Below the pieces are notes generated by a model, which was not told where the DNA came from, searched no databases, and worked only from the letters and a program-made list of their open reading frames with translations. From assembly GCA_016937175.1 (NCBI GenBank), contig JAFGWL010000056.1:25685-89684 (forward strand): a stretch of DNA of 64,000 nt, given 5' to 3'. Shown piece after piece: positions 8,401 to 16,992 of the stretch. The stretch is from Candidatus Mcinerneyibacteriota bacterium (GTDB taxonomy: Bacteria; Macinerneyibacteriota; Macinerneyibacteria; Macinerneyibacteriales; DSCS01). The translations under genes were made by a program, and so were the position numbers. Every line of letters begins with the position of its first letter. Position 1 is the first letter of the stretch.

Positions 8401-10243
8401 AGAGGACGACATCTTTGCCGATGAAACGCTGAAAATCATGCCGATATAATACCTCATAGAGTTTGAAGAGATTGACTCCCGTCAGGTTTTGAGCAGAATT
8501 ATGGATCTGGGAAAACAGGTTATAGAAAAAGCGGTGATGGACCGACTGTTCCCTGACACCCATCATCAGATAATGGCTCATGGCCTTGTGATAAGCCTCG
8601 GCGCCGAATCCCGTGTTCAGTGCCAGATAGACGAAGGTTTCAAGATAGGAAAGCTCCCGGAACCCGTTCTCTTCAAAATAATCCAGGACAAGACGGGCCA
8701 GAGCGGGGTCGACTTTTTTCTCCCCGGTCTCTATCAGGGAGGAGAGACGGAATACATAGAAGAGTTCATCCCGATAGGCCACATCCTGCTCCTCCAGAAC
8801 CGCCAGGGCTTTTTGCAGAGAGACGGGAGCCTTTTCAACAAAATCCTGAGGGATCTTTCCACCCATAGCCCGTCCCAGAGCCAGAGCCTCTTTCGTATCC
8901 TCCTCTGTTTTCCCCTTAAAAGCTGCGATACTGATTCCGGTGCAAAAACACCCCTGCGTCCGTGGAAAAGATCCCCGGGCTTCGATAAGCTTAAAACATT
9001 CCTTATCAGCTGCCTTACACAGGCTTTTCCTGACCAGGGAAGGCTCTCCCCCGCTCTGGTCCAGAAGCTCCTTAACGGCTTCTTGCATGTCATCAACGAA
9101 ATAATAGTAGTAATGAAGCACACGTGCGGTTTCTTTTTCATCCAGTTTCGCCATGGTCAAAGGGAACATTCCGGGAAGGGGCCTTCGGTTCCAGGCTACG
9201 ACACGGAGGTCTTTCGGTTGAAAACGCCTGGAAAGATAAGTCAAAAACCGCATATCTTCTTCAGACAGCTCCTCTCCTCTGCCCAGGCCTAAAAGGGCCG
9301 GGCCCGAGGCGACTTTATTTTCCAAAAAACGGATTGCTTTGGCACGCATCTCTTCAGGGGTCCTCGCCACAGACTCCCGGCCCTCTTCTTCAGACCGGCC
9401 CAGGTATTTTATGATCCCTTCTGCGAGGGAAGCCTTCTCCTCTTCCAGCCCGAAATACTCATACCCTTTAGCCTGGATCAGGGGGATAAGGCCCTGATAC
9501 CAGAGACGGGCATTTTCTTCAGAAGCATAATCATAAACGGTTGTGAGAGACTCCGTGGTTTCCAATAGGGAGATCTCTCTCTCTGACAGGATCAAGGCTC
9601 CCGGGAAAGGGGTCGAGCAGGCATGGCCCTGAATAAAGTCCCTCTGAAGGCTATCAGAGATCACTTCGCGATGAGGAAAATAGAGCCGGAGGTCTGGTAC
9701 ATCTTCGTCAGAGAGTTTGTATCCTGCTTCATTCATCAAACGGGTAAAGGCCATCAGGTCCGCTCGGCGGCCCATATCGATATCGACATAAAGCGGGCTC
9801 ATATCAAAAAAGACAGGGTTCCTTTTTGTATCCCTCAAGGCATTGCTTTCACGGAGATCCCCGTGGTAAGTCCCGTTAGCATGAAGAAAAGAGATGAGAG
9901 AAAAAAGGCTGTTGATCAACATCTCTTTGTTCTCCGGGTTCATTCGAAAAAGCCCCGGCATCTTATCAGCGATATAAAAAGAGCGGGAACTGTCTGTGTA
10001 ACGGCCGTCTATACTCGCCAGGGTGTGAAAAGAGCGGATAGGCCGCAGAAGTGGATGCCTGTAAAGAGAGGTAACCATATATTCTTTTGTCAGAAGGTCC
10101 TTTTGGAATTTTTCTTCAGAAACTGTTATTTTGAGGATAAGCTCTCTTTTTGGGAAAAAAAGGTCGCCTGCTTCATAGACGATAAAATTATTGTTTTTAT
10201 TAAGAAGTTTTTTAATCGTAAAGCGTCCGTTGACCAGTTTCAT
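5468..10243 (-). CDS. Giant multidomain signalling protein (1591 aa): degenerate protein-kinase-like N-terminus, possibly degenerate STAND/TPR core, GAF-like region, GGDEF diguanylate cyclase (GGEEF) and a C-terminal GAF-like extension
   Basis: Kinase-like motifs HGDLRESNAL (catalytic loop) and FFDMSP (in place of DFG). TPR-like helical repeats. LDLDHFKNINDTYGHSRGD...RYGGEEF is a GGDEF domain. GGAG SD. Confidence 0.9.
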   Translation of the reverse strand: MKLVNGRFTIKKLLNKNNNFIVYEAGDLFFPKRELILKITVSEEKFQKDLLTKEYMVTSLYRHPLLRPIRSFHTLASIDGRYTDSSRSFYIADKMPGLFRMNPENKEMLINSLFSLISFLHANGTYHGDLRESNALRDTKRNPVFFDMSPLYVDIDMGRRADLMAFTRLMNEAGYKLSDEDVPDLRLYFPHREVISDSLQRDFIQGHACSTPFPGALILSEREISLLETTESLTTVYDYASEENARLWYQGLIPLIQAKGYEYFGLEEEKASLAEGIIKYLGRSEEEGRESVARTPEEMRAKAIRFLENKVASGPALLGLGRGEELSEEDMRFLTYLSRRFQPKDLRVVAWNRRPLPGMFPLTMAKLDEKETARVLHYYYYFVDDMQEAVKELLDQSGGEPSLVRKSLCKAADKECFKLIEARGSFPRTQGCFCTGISIAAFKGKTEEDTKEALALGRAMGGKIPQDFVEKAPVSLQKALAVLEEQDVAYRDELFYVFRLSSLIETGEKKVDPALARLVLDYFEENGFRELSYLETFVYLALNTGFGAEAYHKAMSHYLMMGVREQSVHHRFFYNLFSQIHNSAQNLTGVNLFKLYEVLYRHDFQRFIGKDVVLSQMEAFADTPLLKTLYKSYRLVILSNGDKEDIKELMGFIEKGPADHPEEWGTVFYNLLVFYVTKSEYDRVEEMVCGFREMIDGLDENRKSLFLNELMISYMDNQNNKKMEETAQQMLSIVEKNREHISLDAEFNAYNARAIAYRRAREVDRAHEYFKKALEIAQRLDDQRLIAIVSTNTGIVNIDRGEIEEAISSWIRAVRAAERIHFFHAATINTMNLAQAYKTLHYYDKAYDVISKGFDYLGDEKGVREGAKMNFLLADLLFELGDHERARAALKEAGAFFEDRPSLRECVEYLVVSLTARAEEAGLKAMEKEMDAILRRYSAEEDKKHYSTLLLHGAEKAWLSGDKDLAVRFLDTLERKGFEIEEREEKNRSDLLRAFLGSEEALERVYAAPFYRSSQMLYTLHLLVEKHEEGTALFYDVLLDLFTQMKEWLNTVPIQYRTSFMEQNKEWAFHASLLKKHGIDPVVDRPDLFREAHRDLAREMIAESKRKALEDYQLSPVNEGTGLYKSILVDLMDITGMTRGGFFEYDLYSGWTEKLVIEKEGRYHVPVPMRRDLLNEILFEKAHRDIFYHREEKRQGRNLTGILIIPVLDIEKLGRGKSKTRENRQSSFHYFALRGCLYLDTTRLLLYPDKEITEGLGPFRDFINAAGYYDYLKRTALLDRLTGLYKREHWINLTQDMLDYADKSEQQVLIAILDLDHFKNINDTYGHSRGDSVLKEMGRIVKGTVRMSDFVGRYGGEEFCVSMIIPRDADREKIIDRVRKNTENSVLNQNYKLTCSIGYALYPDDGKALEELVAKADEALYYAKESGRNRTVYIRGVPERREKEKEAKPLRDPVRESEKIDAVFDLAQKIRPITGPEAMVRQIFDLLVTYFHASSFFIVLDVSEDIYCLGLQGESSRLITDPALPGDEEKGDLIRRVDLNKRTTASVYLRIDSDRYSVASDSSYFQLLGTMIAEKIYHSFLISGRIPLERE

Positions 10244-10261
10244 CTCATCTCCTGCCTCTTT

Positions 10262-11245
10262 TTATTGCTCCGTTTTTTTGGACTCGTCCGGCCGTCCCAT
10301 GGGCTCCATGAGACGCCAGGCGTTTCGATAAGCGATTTTTTCACACTCCCCTATGGTAAATCCCGCTTTTCTAAAGGCCTCAAACAACCTGGGTATCCCT
10401 GAATAATCCTCCAATTCCAGAGGACAGAATATTCCGTCGAAATCACTTCCCAAAGCGCAGGCCTCTATTCCCCCGCATCTTTTTAGATGTCTCATATGAG
10501 CGACAATTCCTTCAATGGTGCCGGTTTCTCCCGTGCCGAGAAAAGCAGAAGAAAAATTGACCCCGATGACTCCCCCACGTCCGGCTACATCACGGATCAT
10601 CTCATCTGTGAGATTCCTTGGATGCGGGGTTATGGCCCTGCAGCAGGAGTGGCTGGCCAGGAAAGGCCCTTCCATGATCGCTGCCACGTCTTTGAACCCC
10701 CTGTCTGACAGGTGAGAGACATCCACGAGGATCCCCTTTTGTTCCATGGCTTTAACAGCATCTTTTCCCAAGTCCGTAAGCCCCTTTTCCGTGTGGACCC
10801 AATCTTTATTGGGATACCCGAGCGAATTGGGGAAATTCCAGGTAAGTGTGATCAGCCGCACGCCTTTGCTGAAGAGAAGGTCGATGTCTTCCGGGGAAGT
10901 TATGATCCCTCCCTCTTCCAGCGTCAGTATGGCACTGATCTTATTTGAAGCTTTGTTTTTTTCAACATCCTCCAGAACGCGTGCCGATTCCAGTCCCGGA
11001 AGGGCTTCAATTTCTTCATAAAAACGGCTGATCATGGAAAAGGCATAATCCCTGTATTCTTCGATGGCCTTCGCCGGATCGCCCATATAGATGAAAGCAG
11101 CAAAGAACTGAGCTAAAGCTCCCCCTTTTCTCAGCTTCTCCATATCAATATGATACCCGTTTTTTTTGAAATCTCCTCCGTAAGTAAAGGTGCGCCACAG
11201 AGTATCGCAATGGAGGTCGATGACCGGAAAGGGAGCCTGCATCAC
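10262..11245 (-). CDS. Membrane dipeptidase, peptidase family M19 (renal-dipeptidase-like)
   Basis: PVIDLHCDTL and GSDFDG motifs of M19. Start MQAPFPV lies 2 nt after the upstream stop. The track N-extension overlaps the upstream gene. Confidence 0.8.
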   Translation of the reverse strand: MMQAPFPVIDLHCDTLWRTFTYGGDFKKNGYHIDMEKLRKGGALAQFFAAFIYMGDPAKAIEEYRDYAFSMISRFYEEIEALPGLESARVLEDVEKNKASNKISAILTLEEGGIITSPEDIDLLFSKGVRLITLTWNFPNSLGYPNKDWVHTEKGLTDLGKDAVKAMEQKGILVDVSHLSDRGFKDVAAIMEGPFLASHSCCRAITPHPRNLTDEMIRDVAGRGGVIGVNFSSAFLGTGETGTIEGIVAHMRHLKRCGGIEACALGSDFDGIFCPLELEDYSGIPRLFEAFRKAGFTIGECEKIAYRNAWRLMEPMGRPDESKKTEQ

Positions 11246-11246
11246 T

Positions 11247-12125
11247 CTAGAGTCCGTTCCACCCTGCCAGCCGAGACCAGAGCCACCAGGCAGCATATGC
11301 CTTGAGATTTCCGTTCAGCGCCTGGGTATGGGCCGGATAACAGAGGTACCAATCTGTCCCCGAAGTATGAGCATCCTGCCATTGGATGGCCCAATTGGCA
11401 TCGCGGATCTGATCCCCGTCTGAATCGTAATCACAATTATCATTGGCCAGCAAGGACAGATATTCCTCCCCGTCGGGATCATAACTCTCGATGTCGGCAA
11501 AATCGTAGAGGATCTTCTCATACTGCCTGCAGTAGGAGCGGATCTGTTCATTCCTCTGATGCAGGTTCCCGGCCAGGCCCGTTCCGTCCAGATGTCCGGT
11601 CATATAGACAAAAGCAACCCCGGGATAATCGATCTCCAGCTGATTCATAAGATTCAGATAGGTCAGGATATCCTCTTCCGAGGCATCAGAGACCTGTCCG
11701 CACCAGGACCATATCACCACATTACATTCAGGATGAGTGTCCAGATAGTCCCTGGTCGATTGGGCCCAGGAGACCCGGTCAGGGTTCCCCAGGTCGCTTG
11801 CTCCGCTGAAAGGGGTGTCCTGAAGATCCAAAGCTCCTCCGCTCCCGCCTTCATTCCAGGTATAGAGCCCCTCCCCCCCCATAAAGGCATCCAGGGCGTT
11901 CATCCCGGTAATGATCTGGCTTCCATGGGAAGTATGGCCGTAAGCGATATGGAGGTTCGTTTTAGCCGCCTCTATGGCCGATTCAGGGATCGCGTTGATG
12001 TCAGTACAAAGATGATCCACAATAAACCCGTCGCTTAAGACAGGGTCCAGGATCTTCGACTCCGTTTTGGCACATCCCCACAGAAAAATCAAAAGAATGA
12101 TAAGGAAAAAGAGCATTTTTCTCAT
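11247..12125 (-). CDS. Uncharacterised lipoprotein (possible hydrolase). Conserved blocks GHTSHG, VIWSWCGQ and YMTGHLDG
   Basis: Signal peptide with lipobox LWGC. GGAGGAGG SD. 292 aa. Confidence 0.65.
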   Translation of the reverse strand: MRKMLFFLIILLIFLWGCAKTESKILDPVLSDGFIVDHLCTDINAIPESAIEAAKTNLHIAYGHTSHGSQIITGMNALDAFMGGEGLYTWNEGGSGGALDLQDTPFSGASDLGNPDRVSWAQSTRDYLDTHPECNVVIWSWCGQVSDASEEDILTYLNLMNQLEIDYPGVAFVYMTGHLDGTGLAGNLHQRNEQIRSYCRQYEKILYDFADIESYDPDGEEYLSLLANDNCDYDSDGDQIRDANWAIQWQDAHTSGTDWYLCYPAHTQALNGNLKAYAAWWLWSRLAGWNGL

Positions 12126-12141
12126 ATGACCTCCTCCGTCT

Positions 12142-15100
12142 TCAAGTATCCTCTTCTTTTTGAATGGTATGAAAGGATGCTAAAAAGACCTTTTCACTGA
12201 TAATATTCCCCAGCATCGTAAAAAAACGTTCATCCTGCTGAAAAGAATAGCGGTCCGATCCCATCTCCAGATAGACCGAAACACTGTAATGTTCATGGAT
12301 GGAATAGGTATTCAGCCTGGCTCCGCCTAACCCCCTGTCAGACTCCATCTCTCTTTTGCCCACCCCCTGGGCAGAGGCTTTTTTTTCGTAATAAATAAAG
12401 TGACTGTTCCCGCCCATGAGAATTCCCAGACGTGTAGCTTGGAAAAGGGCTACGAGGATATCATAAATATCCGAAACGACCTCTTCAACAGGCATAAAGG
12501 GGTCGATCTTCTCTTCAATGCCCAGCAAGGCATCCAGCTTCTCTTTCTCCCGGACAGGGTCATCGATAGCCTTTTTATTGTTTTTCTTTTCTCCCGCTGC
12601 ACTCGCCGGCATGGTCTCATAGGCGATGGTCACATTTCGTCCGCTCGATTTTGCATAATAGAGAGCTTCATCGGCCTGTCCCAGCAGAGAGTCTAAAATC
12701 TCTGCATCCCGGGGATAGAGGGCATACCCTATGCTGACGGTCAGGTTGAACTTTTTGTTCAGGGCCGAACTCTGTACATTCGCCCGGATCCGGTCCGTGA
12801 TACCGGAATAGGAAGCTTTCGGGGGAACCATCATGGCCAGGACGATCTCCTCGCCTCCATAGCGTCCGACGATATCTGAGGCTCTGACTGTCTCTTTGAT
12901 AATAGCACTCACTTCTTTTAAAACAGCATCTCCCCTGGCATGGCCGTATCTGTCGTTAATATTCTTAAAATGGTCGATATCAAGGATGGCTATGATCACC
13001 TGCTGGTCATTGTTCAAAGCATATTCCATGAGTTTTTTGGTCAGATTGATCCAGTGTTCCCTTTTATAAAGGCCCGTAAGCTTGTCCATGAGAGCCGTCT
13101 GTTTCAGGTAATCGTAATAGCCTGCGGCATTGATGTAATCTCTCAGGGGGCCCAGCCCCTCTGTGACCTCCGCGTCAGGCACCAGCAGCATCCTGTCGCT
13201 GTCCAGATAGATACATCCCCTCAAGGCAAAGTAGTGGTAGCTTGACTGGCGCTTATTGTCTCCCCTGTATTTATTGTGTCCCAGTTTTTCTATGTCAAGC
13301 ACCGGGATCACCATGACAGCACTGGCAGAAGAACCTTTTCTGGCCGGTTCACGGCTGAAATAGACATCCCGATGGGATGATTCAAAAAGGACCTCGTTGA
13401 TCGCCTCTTTATAGACAGGAAGAGGTGGATGATATCCGGTCCCCAGGTCCAGAACCACTTTATGCTGCCACCCTTCATACATGTCATACTCATAATAGGC
13501 TGCCCGGGTCATGCCGGTGATCCGGATCAGGTCTTTCAGAATGGACCTGTAGAGATTCTCACCTTCACTCATGGGAGACAACCTGTAGTTTTTCAATGCC
13601 CGTTTTTTCTCTTCCCGGATAAAACGCCGTGCTGTCTGCTCATATTCCTGACGAAATGAGTCCAGATGAAATTTTTCGGACTCATACCCCTGTTCCCGGA
13701 GGAGCTTACTGTGGAAGCGCCATTCAGGATTCTTCTTTTTAAAGGAATCCCTGTATTGATAAGGGATATGCGCCAGCCAGCGGCTCATGATAGAAAGAAG
13801 CTGGGCACAATATTCCAGATGCAGTGCATTCTTCGTCTTCTCTTTTCGGATAAGAGCGTTAAGGACAAACATGGACCTGGAATACCCTGTAAACTCCCCC
13901 ATCCCCTCTTCATCAAACTCCCTCTTCTCTCCGCTGAGAAAGAGGATGACATCCATCATCTTCCTGTCCCCCGGCTCCAGGGTCTCCAGGGAGCCGGAGT
14001 CGATTTTTTTTACATAGTCAGCTGCATCCTGATAGTGGCCTGCACATAGGAGCTGAAGGGCAGCGGTCAGAAGGACGATACTGTAATAGGCCTGGTCTTC
14101 AGCGGAAGAAAAACGTGAAAAGAGGCCTTCGATAAACTCGTCCATGGACTTCTTCCCTTCTGCCTGGAAGAGAAGAGCGATTCTGACGTCGAAATACTCA
14201 TAACTTACTTTTAAAGCGCTCCGTTCTTCATAAAAGGGGGCCGCTTCCTTCAAATGGGCTTTAGCCTGTTGATAATCCCCCAGTTCCATAAGCATATCCG
14301 CATAGAGAAGATGAAGCTTTGAATTTTCCCGGAGTGTAGGAGCTTCAGCCAGGTAAAGCTCTATTTTTTTAAAGGTCGACAGGGCTTGCTCATACTGATG
14401 GAGAAGTTTGTAGACTAAAGATAGGTTGATCGAGTTTGTAACCATTGAAAAATAGATCTTTGCCTGCTCAGCAGCTTTCACTGCGCTTGTCCATGAGGCC
14501 GTACAAGCTTCATAATCTCCTGAATAGTAGTGTATGACACCGATATTAGTTGCCACAATAGCTTCGTAACGATAGTTCTCCAGGATCCGTGCGATCTCAA
14601 GTGCTTTGTTATAGTGGACCAAAGCCTCCGGAAGACGTCCCTGTCTGCGGAGAACGATGGCCAGATTGTTATGGCTGCTGAAGTGGGCATCCAGCCCTGT
14701 TTTCTCTCCTTTTTTTCCAACGATCTCAATCATGGACCGGGCTGTCTCCTGCATCTTTTCAAGATCCATCTTATCCATATAACAGGAAAACATCTCATTC
14801 ATGACCATGACCCGGTTTTCATCGTTCAACGATTCGATGGGCTTTTTATATTTCTCCATGAGCTGTTCCATCTCTTCATAGCGGCCGAGGAATTTCAACT
14901 TCAGCAGGACATGCCGGAGAACGAGGGCCCAGGTATCCTTCTCCTTCCGGTCATAAGCATCCAGAAAAGGGTACATCGCCCTTACATCATCCAGAGTCGC
15001 TTTATCATCCAGAGTCAGCTTAAAAGCCTTTGTGACCTGCTTCTCTCGTTCCGTCCGCCCCTCTTTCTCCAATTTTTCCAACAGGAGGGAATTGTCATAG

Positions 15101-16881
15101 ACATGATTGTGATCCAGCTTCAATAAGTTCAGATAGAGGTCAAAGGAGTTTCCCCCTTTCATCTCCCCGATATTTTTTTCAAAGGCCCGGAAGAGGCGAA
15201 AAAAGAGGACACGGTTCAGAGAACGCTCCCTTTCGCTCAACCGGTTGTAAAAAGAGAGGATCTTTTCGTAAGCTTCTTCCCCCTGCCCGGTGTTTAGCGA
15301 ATAAAAGACATAGCTTTCAAGATAAGCCTTCTCCTGAAATGCAAGTCTTTCCAGCTCATCATACAAAGGACGTTGATCCGTCGTCGTAAATTTTTGTCGG
15401 ACAAGATCGCCGGGGATCCTGTTCAACCGCAGGATGAAGAAAAGTTTGTCCCGGTAAAAAGCTTTCTCTTCCATGAGGTAGATAAGGGCCTTTTTTTCTT
15501 CAGAAGAGAAGAAATCGAAAAAAGAGGAAGGTATCTTTCCTCCCATGGATCGGGCCAGAACCACCACATCCTCTACGGCTTTTCGCTCAGAGCCGGGAAT
15601 CTCCTTTAAGGAAATGGAAAAATCGAAACTCTCTTTCCCCTTATCCAGCGAGACAGTCCCGTTTTTGAATATAAGAGACTCTCCTGCAGCCATTTGACGG
15701 ATAAGCCTAAGAAGGAGGGATGGCTCTCCTTCCGACTGACGCCACAGGGTCTTCGCGGCCTCTTCATCTTCGTTCAGATAAGGAATATAATACCGGAGGA
15801 CGCGACAGGATTCTTCTTCTGTCAGAAGCGGGCAGGAGAGGTTTTCAAACTCTTCAGCAGGCTCGCGCTGCCAGATGAAAAAAGAGATACGATTGTTTTC
15901 AAAATGGTTCGCAATCTTTCTGAGCAGGCTAAGGTCATCACGGCTCATGGATTCTGCCGCTCCCAGCCCAATGGCCACAGGCCCATACCCGGCTGCATCT
16001 TCAAGAAAGCTCAGGAGCCCCTCTTCTCCGTCTGCGCCATTGACTGCCGCTGTAAGCCTCTGAGAAAGGGGTTCCGGGCCTTCTGCCCTGTAAAGCTCGA
16101 TCCCCTCAGCCTGGATAAGAGACAAGACCGCCTCATACCAGATACGGGCATTATCAGCACCACGATAATCATAGATCACCGTCACCGGCTGTATAAAAGT
16201 GAGCCCGTCCGGGGTTCTTGACTGTATAAGTCGTTCAGCTGGGAAGGGAGTGGCCCTGATATGCTCCAGTGCCACAGCTTTAACGTAATCATCCGAGATA
16301 AGAGAACGGAAACCGGGCAGCGAGAAGAGCTCCGTTGCATCCTCTTCCCTGAAGGGAAACCCGAGAGACCTCAGTAACTCAGCAACGGCTTTCATATCAT
16401 TTTTCTGTCCCAGGGCATTATTCACATAGAGAGGGCTCATATCAAAAAAAAGAGGAAGCCCCTGGCCGTCAGCCAGGATATTGCTTTCCCTGAGATCTCC
16501 GTGATAAGCTTCATTTCTGTGTAGAAACCCTAAAAAGACATAAAGGGCACTGATTAGGGTTCCGGCCTTCTGCTTGTCGGCCTGGAAAAGCGAGGGATAT
16601 TTGTCGGCTATATAAAAGCAACGGGTTGTATCAGTGAATCGACCGTCGATGGTCCGCAAAGGGTGAAAGGAATCCAGGGGCCGAAGCAGCGGATGTCGGT
16701 TCAACAGGCCGGCAAGATATTCCTTTCTCAGAAGATCAGTCTGAAAACGTTCTTCCGAAGCCGTGACCTTCAATATCTTCTCTTCGCCCGGAAAGAGGCG
16801 GTCGACCGCTTCATAGACGATGAAATTGCTGTTCTCATTCAAAAGGGTTTTGATTTCAAAGCGGCCGTTGAATAGTTTCAT
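12142..16881 (-). CDS. Giant multidomain signalling protein, paralog of 5468..10243 (1579 aa): kinase-like N-terminus, TPR/STAND-like core, GAF-like region, GGDEF domain with variant motif GGEEI
   Basis: N-terminus MKLFNGRFEIKTLLNENSNFIVYEA is near-identical to its paralog. HGDLRESNIL and FFDMSP motifs. RYGGEEIVLAMM in the GGDEF domain. Confidence 0.9.
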   Translation of the reverse strand: MKLFNGRFEIKTLLNENSNFIVYEAVDRLFPGEEKILKVTASEERFQTDLLRKEYLAGLLNRHPLLRPLDSFHPLRTIDGRFTDTTRCFYIADKYPSLFQADKQKAGTLISALYVFLGFLHRNEAYHGDLRESNILADGQGLPLFFDMSPLYVNNALGQKNDMKAVAELLRSLGFPFREEDATELFSLPGFRSLISDDYVKAVALEHIRATPFPAERLIQSRTPDGLTFIQPVTVIYDYRGADNARIWYEAVLSLIQAEGIELYRAEGPEPLSQRLTAAVNGADGEEGLLSFLEDAAGYGPVAIGLGAAESMSRDDLSLLRKIANHFENNRISFFIWQREPAEEFENLSCPLLTEEESCRVLRYYIPYLNEDEEAAKTLWRQSEGEPSLLLRLIRQMAAGESLIFKNGTVSLDKGKESFDFSISLKEIPGSERKAVEDVVVLARSMGGKIPSSFFDFFSSEEKKALIYLMEEKAFYRDKLFFILRLNRIPGDLVRQKFTTTDQRPLYDELERLAFQEKAYLESYVFYSLNTGQGEEAYEKILSFYNRLSERERSLNRVLFFRLFRAFEKNIGEMKGGNSFDLYLNLLKLDHNHVYDNSLLLEKLEKEGRTEREKQVTKAFKLTLDDKATLDDVRAMYPFLDAYDRKEKDTWALVLRHVLLKLKFLGRYEEMEQLMEKYKKPIESLNDENRVMVMNEMFSCYMDKMDLEKMQETARSMIEIVGKKGEKTGLDAHFSSHNNLAIVLRRQGRLPEALVHYNKALEIARILENYRYEAIVATNIGVIHYYSGDYEACTASWTSAVKAAEQAKIYFSMVTNSINLSLVYKLLHQYEQALSTFKKIELYLAEAPTLRENSKLHLLYADMLMELGDYQQAKAHLKEAAPFYEERSALKVSYEYFDVRIALLFQAEGKKSMDEFIEGLFSRFSSAEDQAYYSIVLLTAALQLLCAGHYQDAADYVKKIDSGSLETLEPGDRKMMDVILFLSGEKREFDEEGMGEFTGYSRSMFVLNALIRKEKTKNALHLEYCAQLLSIMSRWLAHIPYQYRDSFKKKNPEWRFHSKLLREQGYESEKFHLDSFRQEYEQTARRFIREEKKRALKNYRLSPMSEGENLYRSILKDLIRITGMTRAAYYEYDMYEGWQHKVVLDLGTGYHPPLPVYKEAINEVLFESSHRDVYFSREPARKGSSASAVMVIPVLDIEKLGHNKYRGDNKRQSSYHYFALRGCIYLDSDRMLLVPDAEVTEGLGPLRDYINAAGYYDYLKQTALMDKLTGLYKREHWINLTKKLMEYALNNDQQVIIAILDIDHFKNINDRYGHARGDAVLKEVSAIIKETVRASDIVGRYGGEEIVLAMMVPPKASYSGITDRIRANVQSSALNKKFNLTVSIGYALYPRDAEILDSLLGQADEALYYAKSSGRNVTIAYETMPASAAGEKKNNKKAIDDPVREKEKLDALLGIEEKIDPFMPVEEVVSDIYDILVALFQATRLGILMGGNSHFIYYEKKASAQGVGKREMESDRGLGGARLNTYSIHEHYSVSVYLEMGSDRYSFQQDERFFTMLGNIISEKVFLASFHTIQKEEDT

Positions 16882-16956
16882 TTTTCTATCTTATCATCTT
16901 CCCGTAACTATTCAATCTCTTTTCCTTACCCATTTACCCTTTTTATCACTCAACCC

Positions 16957-16985
16957 TTGCCCATCACCATTCTCCCTGATATAAT
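16957..16985 (+). promoter_or_regulatory. Sigma70 promoter TTGCCC-17nt-TGaTATAAT (extended -10) for the zinc-ribbon gene. The predicted TSS coincides with the ATG, so the mRNA would be leaderless
   Basis: TTGCCC at 16957-16962; TATAAT at 16980-16985 with TG at 16977-16978; ATG at 16993; no SD. Confidence 0.5.
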
Positions 16986-16992
16986 TTCATTA

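Noticed and set aside
5768-16221. Numerous plus-strand ORFs, up to 267 aa, inside the two giant genes (e.g. 6965..7747, 8489..9292, 14530..15126)
   Set aside because: They are shadow ORFs antisense to well-supported multidomain coding sequence, with low-complexity composition and no SD
16957-16992. Track start of the zinc-ribbon gene at 16957 (MPITIL...)
   Set aside because: The start is a TTG inside the -35 hexamer of the gene's own promoter. The ATG at 16993 is the credible start. The same TTG/GTG over-extension was corrected for the genes at 1000, 4255, 10262, 17763, 19252, 25556, 26389, 30383, 51200, 52689 and 60984
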